Virus record (IMG/VR): IMGVR_UViG_3300017963_000286 | Span: 1-63,440 of that record | Strand: one strand, 5' to 3' | DNA from: a virus | Lineage: Duplodnaviria; Caudoviricetes | DNA: 63,440 nt | Shown here: in pieces, positions 18,851 to 28,390 of the stretch | Numbering within the stretch: the stretch's first letter is position 1 | Layout of the letters: every line of letters begins with the position of its first letter | The notes under the pieces: generated by a model | Told to the model about the DNA's origin: nothing | Databases searched by the model: none | Seen by the model: the letters and a program-made list of their open reading frames with translations, nothing else | Made by a program: the position numbers and the translations under genes

Positions 18851-19570
18851 TCAACCAACATCCTCCATTTGATAGTCGTCGAGCGGGACGAAGATCGGGC
18901 GCAGGCCATCATCCACGGCAACGCCGCAGCCAAGGATCGGTCGGTTCCGTTGTTCTTTATTATATCGGAAGGCATAGGCTTGCTCATCTATTAGGCAGCC
19001 GACGTTTAGCCCCCAGCAGTACTTGTCGTGCGTGCGGATGTGGGCGACGCCCGCGTTCGAATGAAGGTGCCCAAAAACCACGTTGATGTTGGAGTCGAGC
19101 GCCGCTGTCCGATAAGCGTACATCCCACCATAGCCGACCCCGTGCATGACCTTGATGGGGTATTTGCATTGGATCAGCCACTGCTTGCGCCAAACCCAGT
19201 TCTCCGGCGCCTCGATCAGCTCCTGGTAAGCCTTGAGCATCATCGAGGGGATCTCGGCAGCCGTCGCCTTCTTTATCCAGCGATCGCCGTGGTTAGATCG
19301 GCATACCTTCATCATCGGGAACGCCGCGTACCACTCCTTCATTTTTTCGATCGTGTCGCGGATCTCGGAGAGAGGGGAGTGCCAGGCGTCCGGGTCCTTG
19401 GTGTACATCGAGCCGAAATACTGGTCGACCTCGTCGCCGACATGGAAGCAGTTCTCGTTCGGTATCCCGTATTCTCGCTGGACGTCTTTGCAAAACTGAA
19501 TGGCTCTATGGTGGGCGAATGGTTCCTGCGTGTCGGAAATAAACAAAAATCGGTCATGGCGCGGCGTCAT
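18851..19570 (-). CDS. calcineurin-like metallophosphoesterase
   Basis: SDTQ, GDEVD, SNH, HG and GHLH motifs. Confidence 0.88.
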   Translation of the reverse strand: MTPRHDRFLFISDTQEPFAHHRAIQFCKDVQREYGIPNENCFHVGDEVDQYFGSMYTKDPDAWHSPLSEIRDTIEKMKEWYAAFPMMKVCRSNHGDRWIKKATAAEIPSMMLKAYQELIEAPENWVWRKQWLIQCKYPIKVMHGVGYGGMYAYRTAALDSNINVVFGHLHSNAGVAHIRTHDKYCWGLNVGCLIDEQAYAFRYNKEQRNRPILGCGVAVDDGLRPIFVPLDDYQMEDVG

Positions 19571-19645
19571 CCGGACCCTCCAGTGCGGGCGGTCTCGTGT
19601 CCGTCGTGCAGATCGATAGAAGAGCAGGGAAATGCGAATGCTTAA

Positions 19646-19676
19646 ATCATACGCGAGGAAGGATGGCGGCTGTCAA
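19646..19676 (-). promoter_or_regulatory. putative sigma70 promoter
   Basis: TTGACA-19 nt-TATGAT (spacer is long). Confidence 0.4.
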
Positions 19677-19721
19677 ATTACCGACCGATTTTCACCTGAT
19701 CGAGCCCTAGGCGCATTGAGA

Positions 19722-19973
19722 TTATCGATCTTCTTCCCTTAGTTGAAATCCGCGATCTGCGAAGCAATATTGATGACCTGACCAGAAGCCTGAGGCGTCG
19801 CTTACAGCCTCCACCTCATGATTTTTGTGCTTATCAAGCCACTCTTTCTCGTCTCCTCGTTCATAGACATCTGTAAGCCAACCGACATGGTCCTTAGCCT
19901 TTAAAGCTGGTGTGAATGTGTCGTTGGTTTCCTTGCACGTATGGCAGAGAAGAATTACTTGGGAGCTCATCAA
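19722..19973 (-). CDS. small putative Zn-binding protein
   Basis: CHTC...HKNH. Confidence 0.5.
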   Translation of the reverse strand: MMSSQVILLCHTCKETNDTFTPALKAKDHVGWLTDVYERGDEKEWLDKHKNHEVEAVSDASGFWSGHQYCFADRGFQLREEDR

Positions 19974-19976
19974 GCC

Positions 19977-21140
19977 TCATATCTTAACGAGAACGTCGAA
20001 CTTGCCGTTCTGGGCCTCCGATGGGCGTATAAATGGTATATAGCCGATCCGGCGGAGCTTTGAACTGATCTCTTTGGCCGTCCGCTGAGTAACAGCGGCA
20101 GAGTGCGTTTTGACCCTCATGCCATGGTGGCTCGTCGCCTCGTTAACGAGCAAAGCAGGGATCCCTCGTCGCTCGGCCGACTCCTTGGTCGATCGGATCT
20201 CGGCCTTCATGCGGGCTATCGCGCGATCAAGCGTCGCCTCATAGTCAGCATCAAAGCGCTGGCTCGCGAGGTAGTCGACCAATTCGGAGACAGAACTCGT
20301 CGGCAATCTGAAACCGTAATCTTTGCCGCCCTTGAACGTGAATCGAAACGGTTCGATATGGACCACTCCGGATGGCTCCACGGAGACTTCGATTGCCGTC
20401 GTCAACTCACGGCCATCGTATGGGGATCGCCTTTTGAGGCGCTCATACTCAATCGAAAATCCGGTCATCTTATTCCAAGTCCTGCCGATCGAAGCCCCGT
20501 CGGTCTTCTTCTTCAAACGCTCGGATGCGGCCTTGAGAACCTTTTTCAGGTCTCCTGCCTTTGTCGCCGAGGCGGCATCCTTCGGCCACGGTCCAAGCAA
20601 CTTGTGAATTTCCACGGCCATCGAAACGGGGGCGAGCAGATATTCCTTTTGATCGAAATGCAGGCAATTCTTTTTGACAGAGTCTGGTAAGTGCTCCACG
20701 TCAATAAGGATGTCGTCCGGCTGTACCGTGGCCTTCAGGATGATCCCCAGAGAACCTTCCTCTCGGCCGGCGATTGAGTGCAGCCCAGCGAACGGCTCGG
20801 CTTCGGATGGATCGCTCGTCCACGATTGCACCTTGCTGGACTTGTAGACTCCCTTGGCGCCTTCCTTGGCCACGAGCTTCGACTTCTTAAGGAACGCCGC
20901 GCCGGTCAGCTGGTCAAAGCCAAGGGCGCGATAGAGGACGACGGGATGCTTGACCTTGAATGGAACGAATGGGTTGTCAACGCCAAACCCGAGCTTCCGA
21001 CCCGCTTTCTGGTTGTATCGCGACAGCTCGTCGCACGCCCACGATGGAATCTCGGCCTCGACCGCCTCCACGAACGCGCGTTCGCATTTAGGAGGGACCG
21101 TTTCAAAGAGCAGCTCGCCGCGTAGCTTTAGCGCTTCCAT
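19977..21140 (-). CDS. putative R-S-E ADP-ribosyltransferase-fold protein, probable internal head protein
   Basis: LYR, SWTSD...AEPFA, IILKA and DQKEYLL in ART order; overlaps the portal stop. Confidence 0.6.
   Translation of the reverse strand: MEALKLRGELLFETVPPKCERAFVEAVEAEIPSWACDELSRYNQKAGRKLGFGVDNPFVPFKVKHPVVLYRALGFDQLTGAAFLKKSKLVAKEGAKGVYKSSKVQSWTSDPSEAEPFAGLHSIAGREEGSLGIILKATVQPDDILIDVEHLPDSVKKNCLHFDQKEYLLAPVSMAVEIHKLLGPWPKDAASATKAGDLKKVLKAASERLKKKTDGASIGRTWNKMTGFSIEYERLKRRSPYDGRELTTAIEVSVEPSGVVHIEPFRFTFKGGKDYGFRLPTSSVSELVDYLASQRFDADYEATLDRAIARMKAEIRSTKESAERRGIPALLVNEATSHHGMRVKTHSAAVTQRTAKEISSKLRRIGYIPFIRPSEAQNGKFDVLVKI
21070..21085. repeat. dispersed palindrome copy ACGAACGCGCGTTCGC
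   Basis: In CDS (reads ERAF), about 55 nt after the start. Confidence 0.85.
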
Positions 21141-22834
21141 TTCCCCATGCCCTCCGTTCGTACCTGCCGCTTAGGCAAACTGCGTTTGACCTCGTTGACG
21201 AGCAGCTTCAGCTCTTTGAGCCGACGGGCCGTATCGGTTCGGCCCTCGCGGAACTCCTTGAGAGCGGCGTCAGCCTTGTGCTCGTTGAGGCGGGCCGCTG
21301 CGGCGACCCTCTCGCGGCTGACATCGGCTTTGATTCGCTCTCGCGATTCGGCCGACAGCCCCCCGTCCCGATCCTCTTGCTGGATCTTGGATGCCGCAAT
21401 CTCGTCATCAGACATGCCGAGAATTCGAGAGTTGATCCAGTAGTCCGAAAAGCCAGCGTTTCGGTAACGATCAGCCAGATCCATCTTGGCGGTCTGGACC
21501 TCCATCTGGGCCATCTCGAGCACGCCGGACGGGACGTTCATCATCGAGCGATACTCGACCACGTCTGGGTCGATATTTTTGGCGGCGAGATCGACCCTGG
21601 CGACCTGATCGAACCCGTTCTTTATGACCCTTTGAGTGCGCATGACGGACCTGGCCATGCGCACGTCGAGTTGGGCAAGGTTAGCGCGGCCGACTGTGTC
21701 ATCCCCCGCGAGGTAACTCTTGGGGACCTTGAGCGATGCGATCAGCTTCTCTTTGAAATACTCGACGTCTTCGGTCTGCTGTCCTTCGGGACCAGAAAGC
21801 ACCTCGACCTCAGTCGATCGCTTCTCCTTGCGGACGGCCAGGAAGAGATCCTCGTCTGCGGAGAGAGGATTGTAGTCAAAGTTGACCTTGCCGGATTGGT
21901 CAATGAATTTGGTCTTCTTAAACTCGTTTTTGACCTGCTGGAGGAGGCGCTTGGCCTCGCGAGGCGGCACGTCGCCAACATCAACGTAGAACGCGTACCT
22001 CTGAGGGCTCCGCGATATTTTGTACACCATCATCGCGTCTTCCATCATCATCAGCCGCCGCCATGCGTAACGGGCTGAGTCGACGATAGAGAGGCCATAG
22101 AGGTCTGCGGCGTCCTTCGATCGCATTCGAAAGTGAACGACCTCCCAAGGCTCGTAAACTCGGGTCAAGTCCGACTCGAGGAGGCCCATCTCGCGACGAC
22201 GCCAGTCATCGTCGACCGCGCGCGTCCGTAGACGCCTGAAGAACTCATCGGTTGAAATCGTGAATCCGAGGTTTGGATCGAAGATAAATCCATAGTGGAC
22301 GTTATCCTCATCCTGGATCCGGCGCATCGCTGGGACATACATCGGTCGGAGCTCGACGACCCCGGCGCCATCGACGGCAATGATCTCAGAGAAATTGTTG
22401 CCCCACTGACAGGTCTGCCGCGCGATGTCCCATAGGTCCTCATCAACTCGAATCTGTTTGACGAGCATCTGGTTCAGGATCTTCTGAACCGAATCATCGG
22501 GCGCTTCGTACCATAGCGCCTTGCCATCAAGAACGTCCGAGATCGTGGCGTCGTCGGCGAAAAGGTCGAGAGCTGTTGAAATCTCAGGGTAATTCGACAT
22601 GAGTTCGTAATCCTCGTACCTTGATACGAGGTCGTTTTCGATCGCGAGAGCATCCGACATATGGTTCGAGACGCCGCCGGCCACGACGCCGAGAGCAGAT
22701 CCCCCCAACGCCATCCCGCGTCGCGGTGATGTTGGCGATACCATCATGTCAGCTGACGTCGGAGCGCCAGGGATCATTTGGTCGCGCCGAAACACGCGGC
22801 GGATCATATCGAGGCTGTTAGAAGCGAAGCTCAT
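21128..22834 (-). CDS. portal protein, T4 gp20-like
   Basis: MEDAMMVYKISRSPQRYAFYVDVG, EDVEYFKEKLIASLKVPKSYL. Confidence 0.93.
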   Translation of the reverse strand: MSFASNSLDMIRRVFRRDQMIPGAPTSADMMVSPTSPRRGMALGGSALGVVAGGVSNHMSDALAIENDLVSRYEDYELMSNYPEISTALDLFADDATISDVLDGKALWYEAPDDSVQKILNQMLVKQIRVDEDLWDIARQTCQWGNNFSEIIAVDGAGVVELRPMYVPAMRRIQDEDNVHYGFIFDPNLGFTISTDEFFRRLRTRAVDDDWRRREMGLLESDLTRVYEPWEVVHFRMRSKDAADLYGLSIVDSARYAWRRLMMMEDAMMVYKISRSPQRYAFYVDVGDVPPREAKRLLQQVKNEFKKTKFIDQSGKVNFDYNPLSADEDLFLAVRKEKRSTEVEVLSGPEGQQTEDVEYFKEKLIASLKVPKSYLAGDDTVGRANLAQLDVRMARSVMRTQRVIKNGFDQVARVDLAAKNIDPDVVEYRSMMNVPSGVLEMAQMEVQTAKMDLADRYRNAGFSDYWINSRILGMSDDEIAASKIQQEDRDGGLSAESRERIKADVSRERVAAAARLNEHKADAALKEFREGRTDTARRLKELKLLVNEVKRSLPKRQVRTEGMGKWKR

Positions 22835-22865
22835 CTAGTCGTCCCTCACGAGCATTAGCTGTTTT

Positions 22866-25800
22866 TCATCCCCTGATTAGAAGCTCCTCAGGGTCGAACA
22901 CCGCCGTCACTTGTCGCATGTCTTCCACTCTACCGTCTGTCCGCCTCCGGTTGTAGCTCGGAGGGACTGACCGAGGAATCTTGCGGATCTCCACGGGCGG
23001 GGCATCGGACTGTGATGCCTGACCTTGGTGCTCGATCGCCCGATCCGCCAAGTCAGCCGACACGACTGGATCGGAGCTTTGGATGAAGGACCCCGGCGCC
23101 GGCAGCGAAATCCCGCGCTCCGGAAGGTTGGGGGTTCGCCCAAGGGCGTGCTCGAGGACATGATAGACGACATGGCAGACCGCATCCGCGCAATCCTTGG
23201 AGCTGTCGGCCCGGTGGTCAATCTTCGACGGCCCCTCCTCCAAGCTCTTGAGCTCGTGATAAAGGACCGGATAGTCATAACAGGAGAAGCGCCCGTCATA
23301 GATCAAGGCTCGGAAGAGGCGGTATGGATCCTTGGTGGTATCAACAGAAAATATCTCCGCCTTATACCCCTGAGCCTCGAGCGCCTGACACATTTCCCGA
23401 GATTGATAGCTATCTGTTGTAAAGCGCGCAAAATGGAACCCATGCGCTGCGAATTCGTACAGTAGCTTTCTGACATTTCGGAAAACGACCTCTTCTCCTC
23501 GCCGCCCTTTGATGCGCAAGACAAAGTCGATATGAACCGTCGGTAGCATCTCGACGATCTGATTCCCATCAGCCGAATCCTGAACCATTGGGATGGGGTC
23601 GCCCGCACATCCGAAAGCCAGGCCGAAGGCGTCGCCCGTCGAAGCCGGGTCGAGCCCAACGAATCGCGGCCGGTCGGGGAACCGCAACGGCTCCCACTCC
23701 CCGTCGGGACGCTGTCGCGCGATCTGCGGCCATTGGATGCGGTAAGGAAGTCTGGAGTCCCATTCGGATGTTTGATTATAAAGCGGGCACAGGAACGGAT
23801 GCGATCGCGCGGTATCCTTCGACTTTTCGATGAGGTCGACCCGAGACATGAAGCTCGATATCGCCACGGTCGAGACGCCCATAAGGTCGCGCAGCGCTTC
23901 CTCCATGTTGTTCTCGAAATCAGGACGAAGGTCGACTGGAACATCGATGATCAGCGCCTCTCGCCCATACTGCTTGAGGTTCTCGTCCGGGGGGAGAATG
24001 CGGGATGGATACGATTCCGTCCCGACTAAGAGCTTGAAAGTCTCCTTTGAGAACTGATCCCGCTTGACGTCAACAAGCGATCGGTCGCGCACAAAGATGG
24101 TCTTCTCTCCATCCGCAATGGCCTTGTTGATGATCTGCTCTGTAAAGGAGTCGTTCGTCGTTTTCGACGACAAGACGCACAAAATACCAGGGACCTTGCC
24201 GTTGCGGTTGAAGCGCGACTTCATTCGCCGAATGACTGACGTGTATAGGCGCATCGCCTTCTGGTAATTCTTGGCGCGGACATGCGAGGACACCATCGCA
24301 TTCGATCCGTAGGACGAGCTCGTCCGGACGAAGTTGCCCTCGTCGAAGATGCCCCCGAAAATGTTCATGCCAATGATCGACGTGTCGGTTGATGATCCGG
24401 CAATGATCTGAAGGTTTTTCGGGAAAACGATTTCGTCCTTCGTCTCCCGCTTGGGCGGAAAGACGTCTCGGAAATAATAGCTCTCCCTCATCTTGGCTGA
24501 AATGCCCTCAAAAACGACGCGGCGAGCCGTCTCCTTTGACGAAGCAATCGTGCAAAAGCCGATGACTGAGCCCGAAGCGAGGCCGTAGCTGCGAGCGGGG
24601 TCCTTGAGGCAGCTGGCCTCGTAAATCATTCGAAGGATGACAAGGTGCGAGAAGAAGCTCTTGCCCGTGTTATGGGTGTGAACGCCGTCGACCAAATAGG
24701 CGTTCCCGTTGGGGACCACGAGGTCATAGGTCTCGACCTCAAGTCCATCCTGGACTACCTCGTTGACCGACTCCCACAAGACCTCTGGGTCGTAATGCGC
24801 CTCGGCAGCATGCTCCAGCATCGCCGGATGCTCCGCCAGAAATTCGCCCATCTTGAGATGAGTGACTCGCCGCGTCTTGCCGACGGCTGAGCTTTGCCAG
24901 CAAGCATACCGGCTGCCTCGCGGCCGCTTGACGCCGTGGCGCTTGATCCAGTCGCCGGCCTCAGCCCACGTCAATGGCAGTAAGTCAGCATTGGAATTTT
25001 CATTTTTCGTAGCGATATCATCGATAAGTGCCTTCCAACGCTCCCCATGCCCGTCGACAGGACAGCCGATGGCGGCGTTGAACGTCTCCAGATTTGAGAT
25101 GCCACGGATCTCACAGTGCCACATCGTCCGCTCATTCGACCGACCGCTGTGGCTTGAAAAGACCCGGCCACGGATGCCAAACCGCTTGAGTAGCAGCCAG
25201 GTCTGCTTGATCAGGACCTCGTTGGCCAGAGATAGCGTCACGCCATAGACAGCCTTTTTGCCGGCCCGGGTCTTGGCGTCAAGCGCCCACTGCGCGTCGA
25301 GGAATAGACCTCGAAGGTAGGCGGCGACAATTGGGAGAGGCGAGCGCGTCACGAGGGGGCTAACCTTTTTCTCCCAGGCGCGAGTGCCCCGAAGCCCGTG
25401 GCGGTCAATAAGCTCGTAGCTCATGCTATGGCAGCAGATCGCGCGAGCCTTTGACCTCGTGGCCTCCTCCCGCCAGGTGATCCCCAGTTGCGAGGACAGT
25501 CGGCAAAAGCGCTCTATGACCGCATCGTCGGCCTTATGGAATGAGTTGCCGTGGGCCTCTCTAAGGCTGCCATCGGCCGTCACCATGCCGACCCACTCAG
25601 CCTCGGCCTCCGAGACGGTAAAGACGTCCGAAAGAACTCGGATCGTCCTGGGCGTGCGGACGCGGTCTCGCGACGGGTCGAGATCCTTTGCCTCAATCCA
25701 TCCCCGCTGCGTCATGAACTTGTGATCCGGAGTGCATCGGACCTCAAAGCCATGGCCGAAGCGGACCAGAATCGTCCGCTGGCGGCCGGTCGCCTTGCCG

Positions 25801-26234
25801 ACGGCACGATGGTGCGCGTCAAACAGGGCCACGAGGTCCTCGCCGCCGACCATGCTTTCGATCGGCCGGATAGCTCCATTGGCAGCCTGGACGAGATGGC
25901 CGGCGGCCAGGCATCCCGTCGATCCGGTGATCACTGCCTGCGAATAGAGCCCGGTCCCGAACATCTCGATCAAATCATCACGCCAGACCGAATACAGATT
26001 CGATGTGATGTCGCCCATGAAATACGGGTCGAAAAGCCAGGTCTCAACGTCAACGCACTCCCGATCGTATTCGTGCGCCGCGAGCACCGCCTCGAGATCA
26101 AGGTTCTCAATCGCCCCGTAAAATACAGAGCGCTCTTCCTCGGTCATAGCTTCGACTTCAGCGAGCAGAGCATCTTCGAAATCGGCGGGCAGCGTCAAGG
26201 AAGTGGTTCTATATGAATCCTTCAGGATCGGCAT
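22866..26234 (-). CDS. large terminase subunit containing an intein
   Basis: Walker A GSTG|TGKS split by the intein; Walker B IFDE; nuclease GLDPA...SKDCADA. Confidence 0.92.
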   Translation of the reverse strand: MPILKDSYRTTSLTLPADFEDALLAEVEAMTEEERSVFYGAIENLDLEAVLAAHEYDRECVDVETWLFDPYFMGDITSNLYSVWRDDLIEMFGTGLYSQAVITGSTGCLAAGHLVQAANGAIRPIESMVGGEDLVALFDAHHRAVGKATGRQRTILVRFGHGFEVRCTPDHKFMTQRGWIEAKDLDPSRDRVRTPRTIRVLSDVFTVSEAEAEWVGMVTADGSLREAHGNSFHKADDAVIERFCRLSSQLGITWREEATRSKARAICCHSMSYELIDRHGLRGTRAWEKKVSPLVTRSPLPIVAAYLRGLFLDAQWALDAKTRAGKKAVYGVTLSLANEVLIKQTWLLLKRFGIRGRVFSSHSGRSNERTMWHCEIRGISNLETFNAAIGCPVDGHGERWKALIDDIATKNENSNADLLPLTWAEAGDWIKRHGVKRPRGSRYACWQSSAVGKTRRVTHLKMGEFLAEHPAMLEHAAEAHYDPEVLWESVNEVVQDGLEVETYDLVVPNGNAYLVDGVHTHNTGKSFFSHLVILRMIYEASCLKDPARSYGLASGSVIGFCTIASSKETARRVVFEGISAKMRESYYFRDVFPPKRETKDEIVFPKNLQIIAGSSTDTSIIGMNIFGGIFDEGNFVRTSSSYGSNAMVSSHVRAKNYQKAMRLYTSVIRRMKSRFNRNGKVPGILCVLSSKTTNDSFTEQIINKAIADGEKTIFVRDRSLVDVKRDQFSKETFKLLVGTESYPSRILPPDENLKQYGREALIIDVPVDLRPDFENNMEEALRDLMGVSTVAISSFMSRVDLIEKSKDTARSHPFLCPLYNQTSEWDSRLPYRIQWPQIARQRPDGEWEPLRFPDRPRFVGLDPASTGDAFGLAFGCAGDPIPMVQDSADGNQIVEMLPTVHIDFVLRIKGRRGEEVVFRNVRKLLYEFAAHGFHFARFTTDSYQSREMCQALEAQGYKAEIFSVDTTKDPYRLFRALIYDGRFSCYDYPVLYHELKSLEEGPSKIDHRADSSKDCADAVCHVVYHVLEHALGRTPNLPERGISLPAPGSFIQSSDPVVSADLADRAIEHQGQASQSDAPPVEIRKIPRSVPPSYNRRRTDGRVEDMRQVTAVFDPEELLIRG
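24669..25913 (-). mobile_element. intein (415 aa) with LAGLIDADG homing endonuclease
   Basis: Starts CLAAG, block B CTPDHKF, WVGMVTADG / YLRGLFLD, ends THN with +1 Thr. Confidence 0.92.
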
Positions 26235-26331
26235 GAGTTCTCCGCGTTGATATCGAACAAGGTCGTTCCCGCGATGAACCCGAGCACCATTGGCCAGGTC
26301 ACGACTGCGGTCCAGTATTCGATCGACCGCA

Positions 26332-27072
26332 TCATCCCTCCTTGAGGGCGGCGCGGCCGGTGAAGCGCTCCCATCTATCGACGATTATCGAGGCGTAGAC
26401 TGGATCGATCTCGACCGCATAGCATCTGCGCCCCGTCTTCTGAGCGGCGATGATCGCCGTCCCCGAACCGGCAAATGGCTCATAAAGAAGATCGCCGACC
26501 ACCGTGTGATTCTCGATCGGCTTCTCGTAGACAGCCGTCGGCTTCTGTGTCGGGTGAGGCGTGCGGTCCTCCTTCGAGCCCGACATGATGTGGTTGGGCG
26601 GTGCGATGTCCCAGACGGTAACCTGCTTGCGGTCGCCGACCCAGTTAGCGTCCTTGCCTTTTTTGACGGCATAGATGCAGGGTTCGTGCTTCCAGTGATA
26701 GGCCGATCGGCTCAGCACCATGATCGTCTTGTTCCAGATGATCTGCTGGCGGCAGTCGTAGTCGGCATCTCGCAGTGACTTCATCACGACATCCGTGAAA
26801 GCCGAGGCGTGCCAGATGTAGGCGACCTGAGCGTTTGATAGTTGCCAGACCTCGGTCCAATCGGCTTTATCGTCGGAGGTGACCTTGCCGGTCCGGCTTC
26901 CGCCGAATCGAGTAGCGCCGGCTTGCTCGCGCCACTCGGCGTCATACTCGACCCCGTAAGGCGGGTCGGTGACCATGAGGAGTGGCGTTTCGCTGTTGAG
27001 GACGCGGCCGACATGTTCGGGGTTCGTGGAATCGCCGCACAGGAGACGATGGGAGGACTTCAGCCGCATCAT
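26332..27072 (-). CDS. N4-C/N6-A DNA methyltransferase catalytic subunit (beta order)
   Basis: HRLLCGDST, TDPPY, HPTQKP, EPFAGSG. Confidence 0.9.
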   Translation of the reverse strand: MMRLKSSHRLLCGDSTNPEHVGRVLNSETPLLMVTDPPYGVEYDAEWREQAGATRFGGSRTGKVTSDDKADWTEVWQLSNAQVAYIWHASAFTDVVMKSLRDADYDCRQQIIWNKTIMVLSRSAYHWKHEPCIYAVKKGKDANWVGDRKQVTVWDIAPPNHIMSGSKEDRTPHPTQKPTAVYEKPIENHTVVGDLLYEPFAGSGTAIIAAQKTGRRCYAVEIDPVYASIIVDRWERFTGRAALKEG

Positions 27073-27785
27073 GCAAGCACCGCCTTTTCACCGGAAAACG
27101 CCTCAAAGCGAGCCAGAATTACGTCGCAATAGTGAGGGGCTAACTCTATGCCAAAGCATTGCCGCCGGGTCTTTTCGCAGGCGATAAGGGTCGAGCCCGA
27201 TCCGAGAAAAAGGTCGACGACGCGCGTGCGGCCTTCGCCCCACCGCTCAAAAAACCATTCCGCTAGCTTCACCGGCTTTTGGGTTGGATGAACGCGCTTG
27301 TCTTTTTCTACGCTGCAGATCCCAGAATGAACCATACGGCAGATAAGCCTCTGGTGCTTTGCGCGTGACCAGCACAGCTCAAACTCCGAAGTTGACATCG
27401 CTTGTACGATCGGACCATCGGCAGCATATCGCTTGTCCCAGACGACCCAGCTGCCATCGTTTTTCTTCGGCAAATGCTCAGCGAAATAATCAGCGCCCCA
27501 GATAAATGTCTCCCCACAACCGAGGTCGAGAATGGCCTTAATAAGGTCAGGAGAAAAGTCATCATGATCGCCAATGACGTGGCCGTGCTTTTTGCCCTTG
27601 TTGCCGAGAGTAGAGTGCGAGCCCCCGAACGACTTTGCTTTCGACCAGTCGGTGTCAAGCTTCATTCCGTATGGCGGGTCGCAATAGACCAAGTCTGGCT
27701 TCTCTCCTCCGAGCAGACGCTCGACGCTCGCGGCGTCCGTCGAATCGCCGCAAAGCAGGCGATGCCTCGATTTCAAGCGCAGCAT
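27069..27785 (-). CDS. N4-C/N6-A DNA methyltransferase catalytic subunit (beta order)
   Basis: HRLLCGDST, CDPPY, HPTQKP, DLFLGSG; SD AAGGAG before ATG 27785. Confidence 0.9.
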   Translation of the reverse strand: MLRLKSRHRLLCGDSTDAASVERLLGGEKPDLVYCDPPYGMKLDTDWSKAKSFGGSHSTLGNKGKKHGHVIGDHDDFSPDLIKAILDLGCGETFIWGADYFAEHLPKKNDGSWVVWDKRYAADGPIVQAMSTSEFELCWSRAKHQRLICRMVHSGICSVEKDKRVHPTQKPVKLAEWFFERWGEGRTRVVDLFLGSGSTLIACEKTRRQCFGIELAPHYCDVILARFEAFSGEKAVLA

Positions 27786-28390
27786 TTGGAGCACTCCTTG
27801 TCAACCTGGGCAGCGTCATAGTCGGTGATGTGACCGCACTTGTCGCACTCCAGGTACGCGCCGAGGAGCCACAGGTCGCCCGGCTTGACCCTAGTCTCGC
27901 CGGCCTCAGGAATCTCATCCGGATCGGTGTTGCCGCCGGCAGGCTCTTTCGTCTGGAGATTGAGAAGGTTCACCTCGGGCAGGCGAAACGTCTCGTTGAG
28001 CTGCAGCGGAGTGAGGTTGAGGTCAGCGACGAACGCCTCGAGCCCCTTCTTCTCGACCACGCCATATTGAGAGGCGAGGGCCAGGACCTTCTCTTTGGCC
28101 TCCGACTCGCTCGCGGCGCCAACCTCGACGGCCGGATAGGCGGACGGGACCTCGACCCCTTCGCGAGCCATCCGGGTGATGACGGCGAGCCGCTGGTGAC
28201 CGTCGAGGAGCTTCTTCTCGCCGCTTGGGGCGACCCAGACGTGGAACGGGGACGAGAAGCCGAGCTTCAGCATCTGCGCGCTGAAGCGCTTGTAGTTCTC
28301 CTCCGACAGGCTCTTAAGCTCGCCCTGGAAGTGGACGAGGTCTGCGAGCGCGACGGTGGTCGAACCAGTGCATTCGATGCGCAAGGTCAT
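27773..28390 (-). CDS. stand-alone ParB/sulfiredoxin-like domain with C-terminal Zn ribbon
   Basis: LDGHQRL; paralog of the N-terminal half of 28387-29643; ends PGDLWLLG-AYLECDKC...CSKCC. Confidence 0.85.
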   Translation of the reverse strand: MTLRIECTGSTTVALADLVHFQGELKSLSEENYKRFSAQMLKLGFSSPFHVWVAPSGEKKLLDGHQRLAVITRMAREGVEVPSAYPAVEVGAASESEAKEKVLALASQYGVVEKKGLEAFVADLNLTPLQLNETFRLPEVNLLNLQTKEPAGGNTDPDEIPEAGETRVKPGDLWLLGAYLECDKCGHITDYDAAQVDKECSKCCA

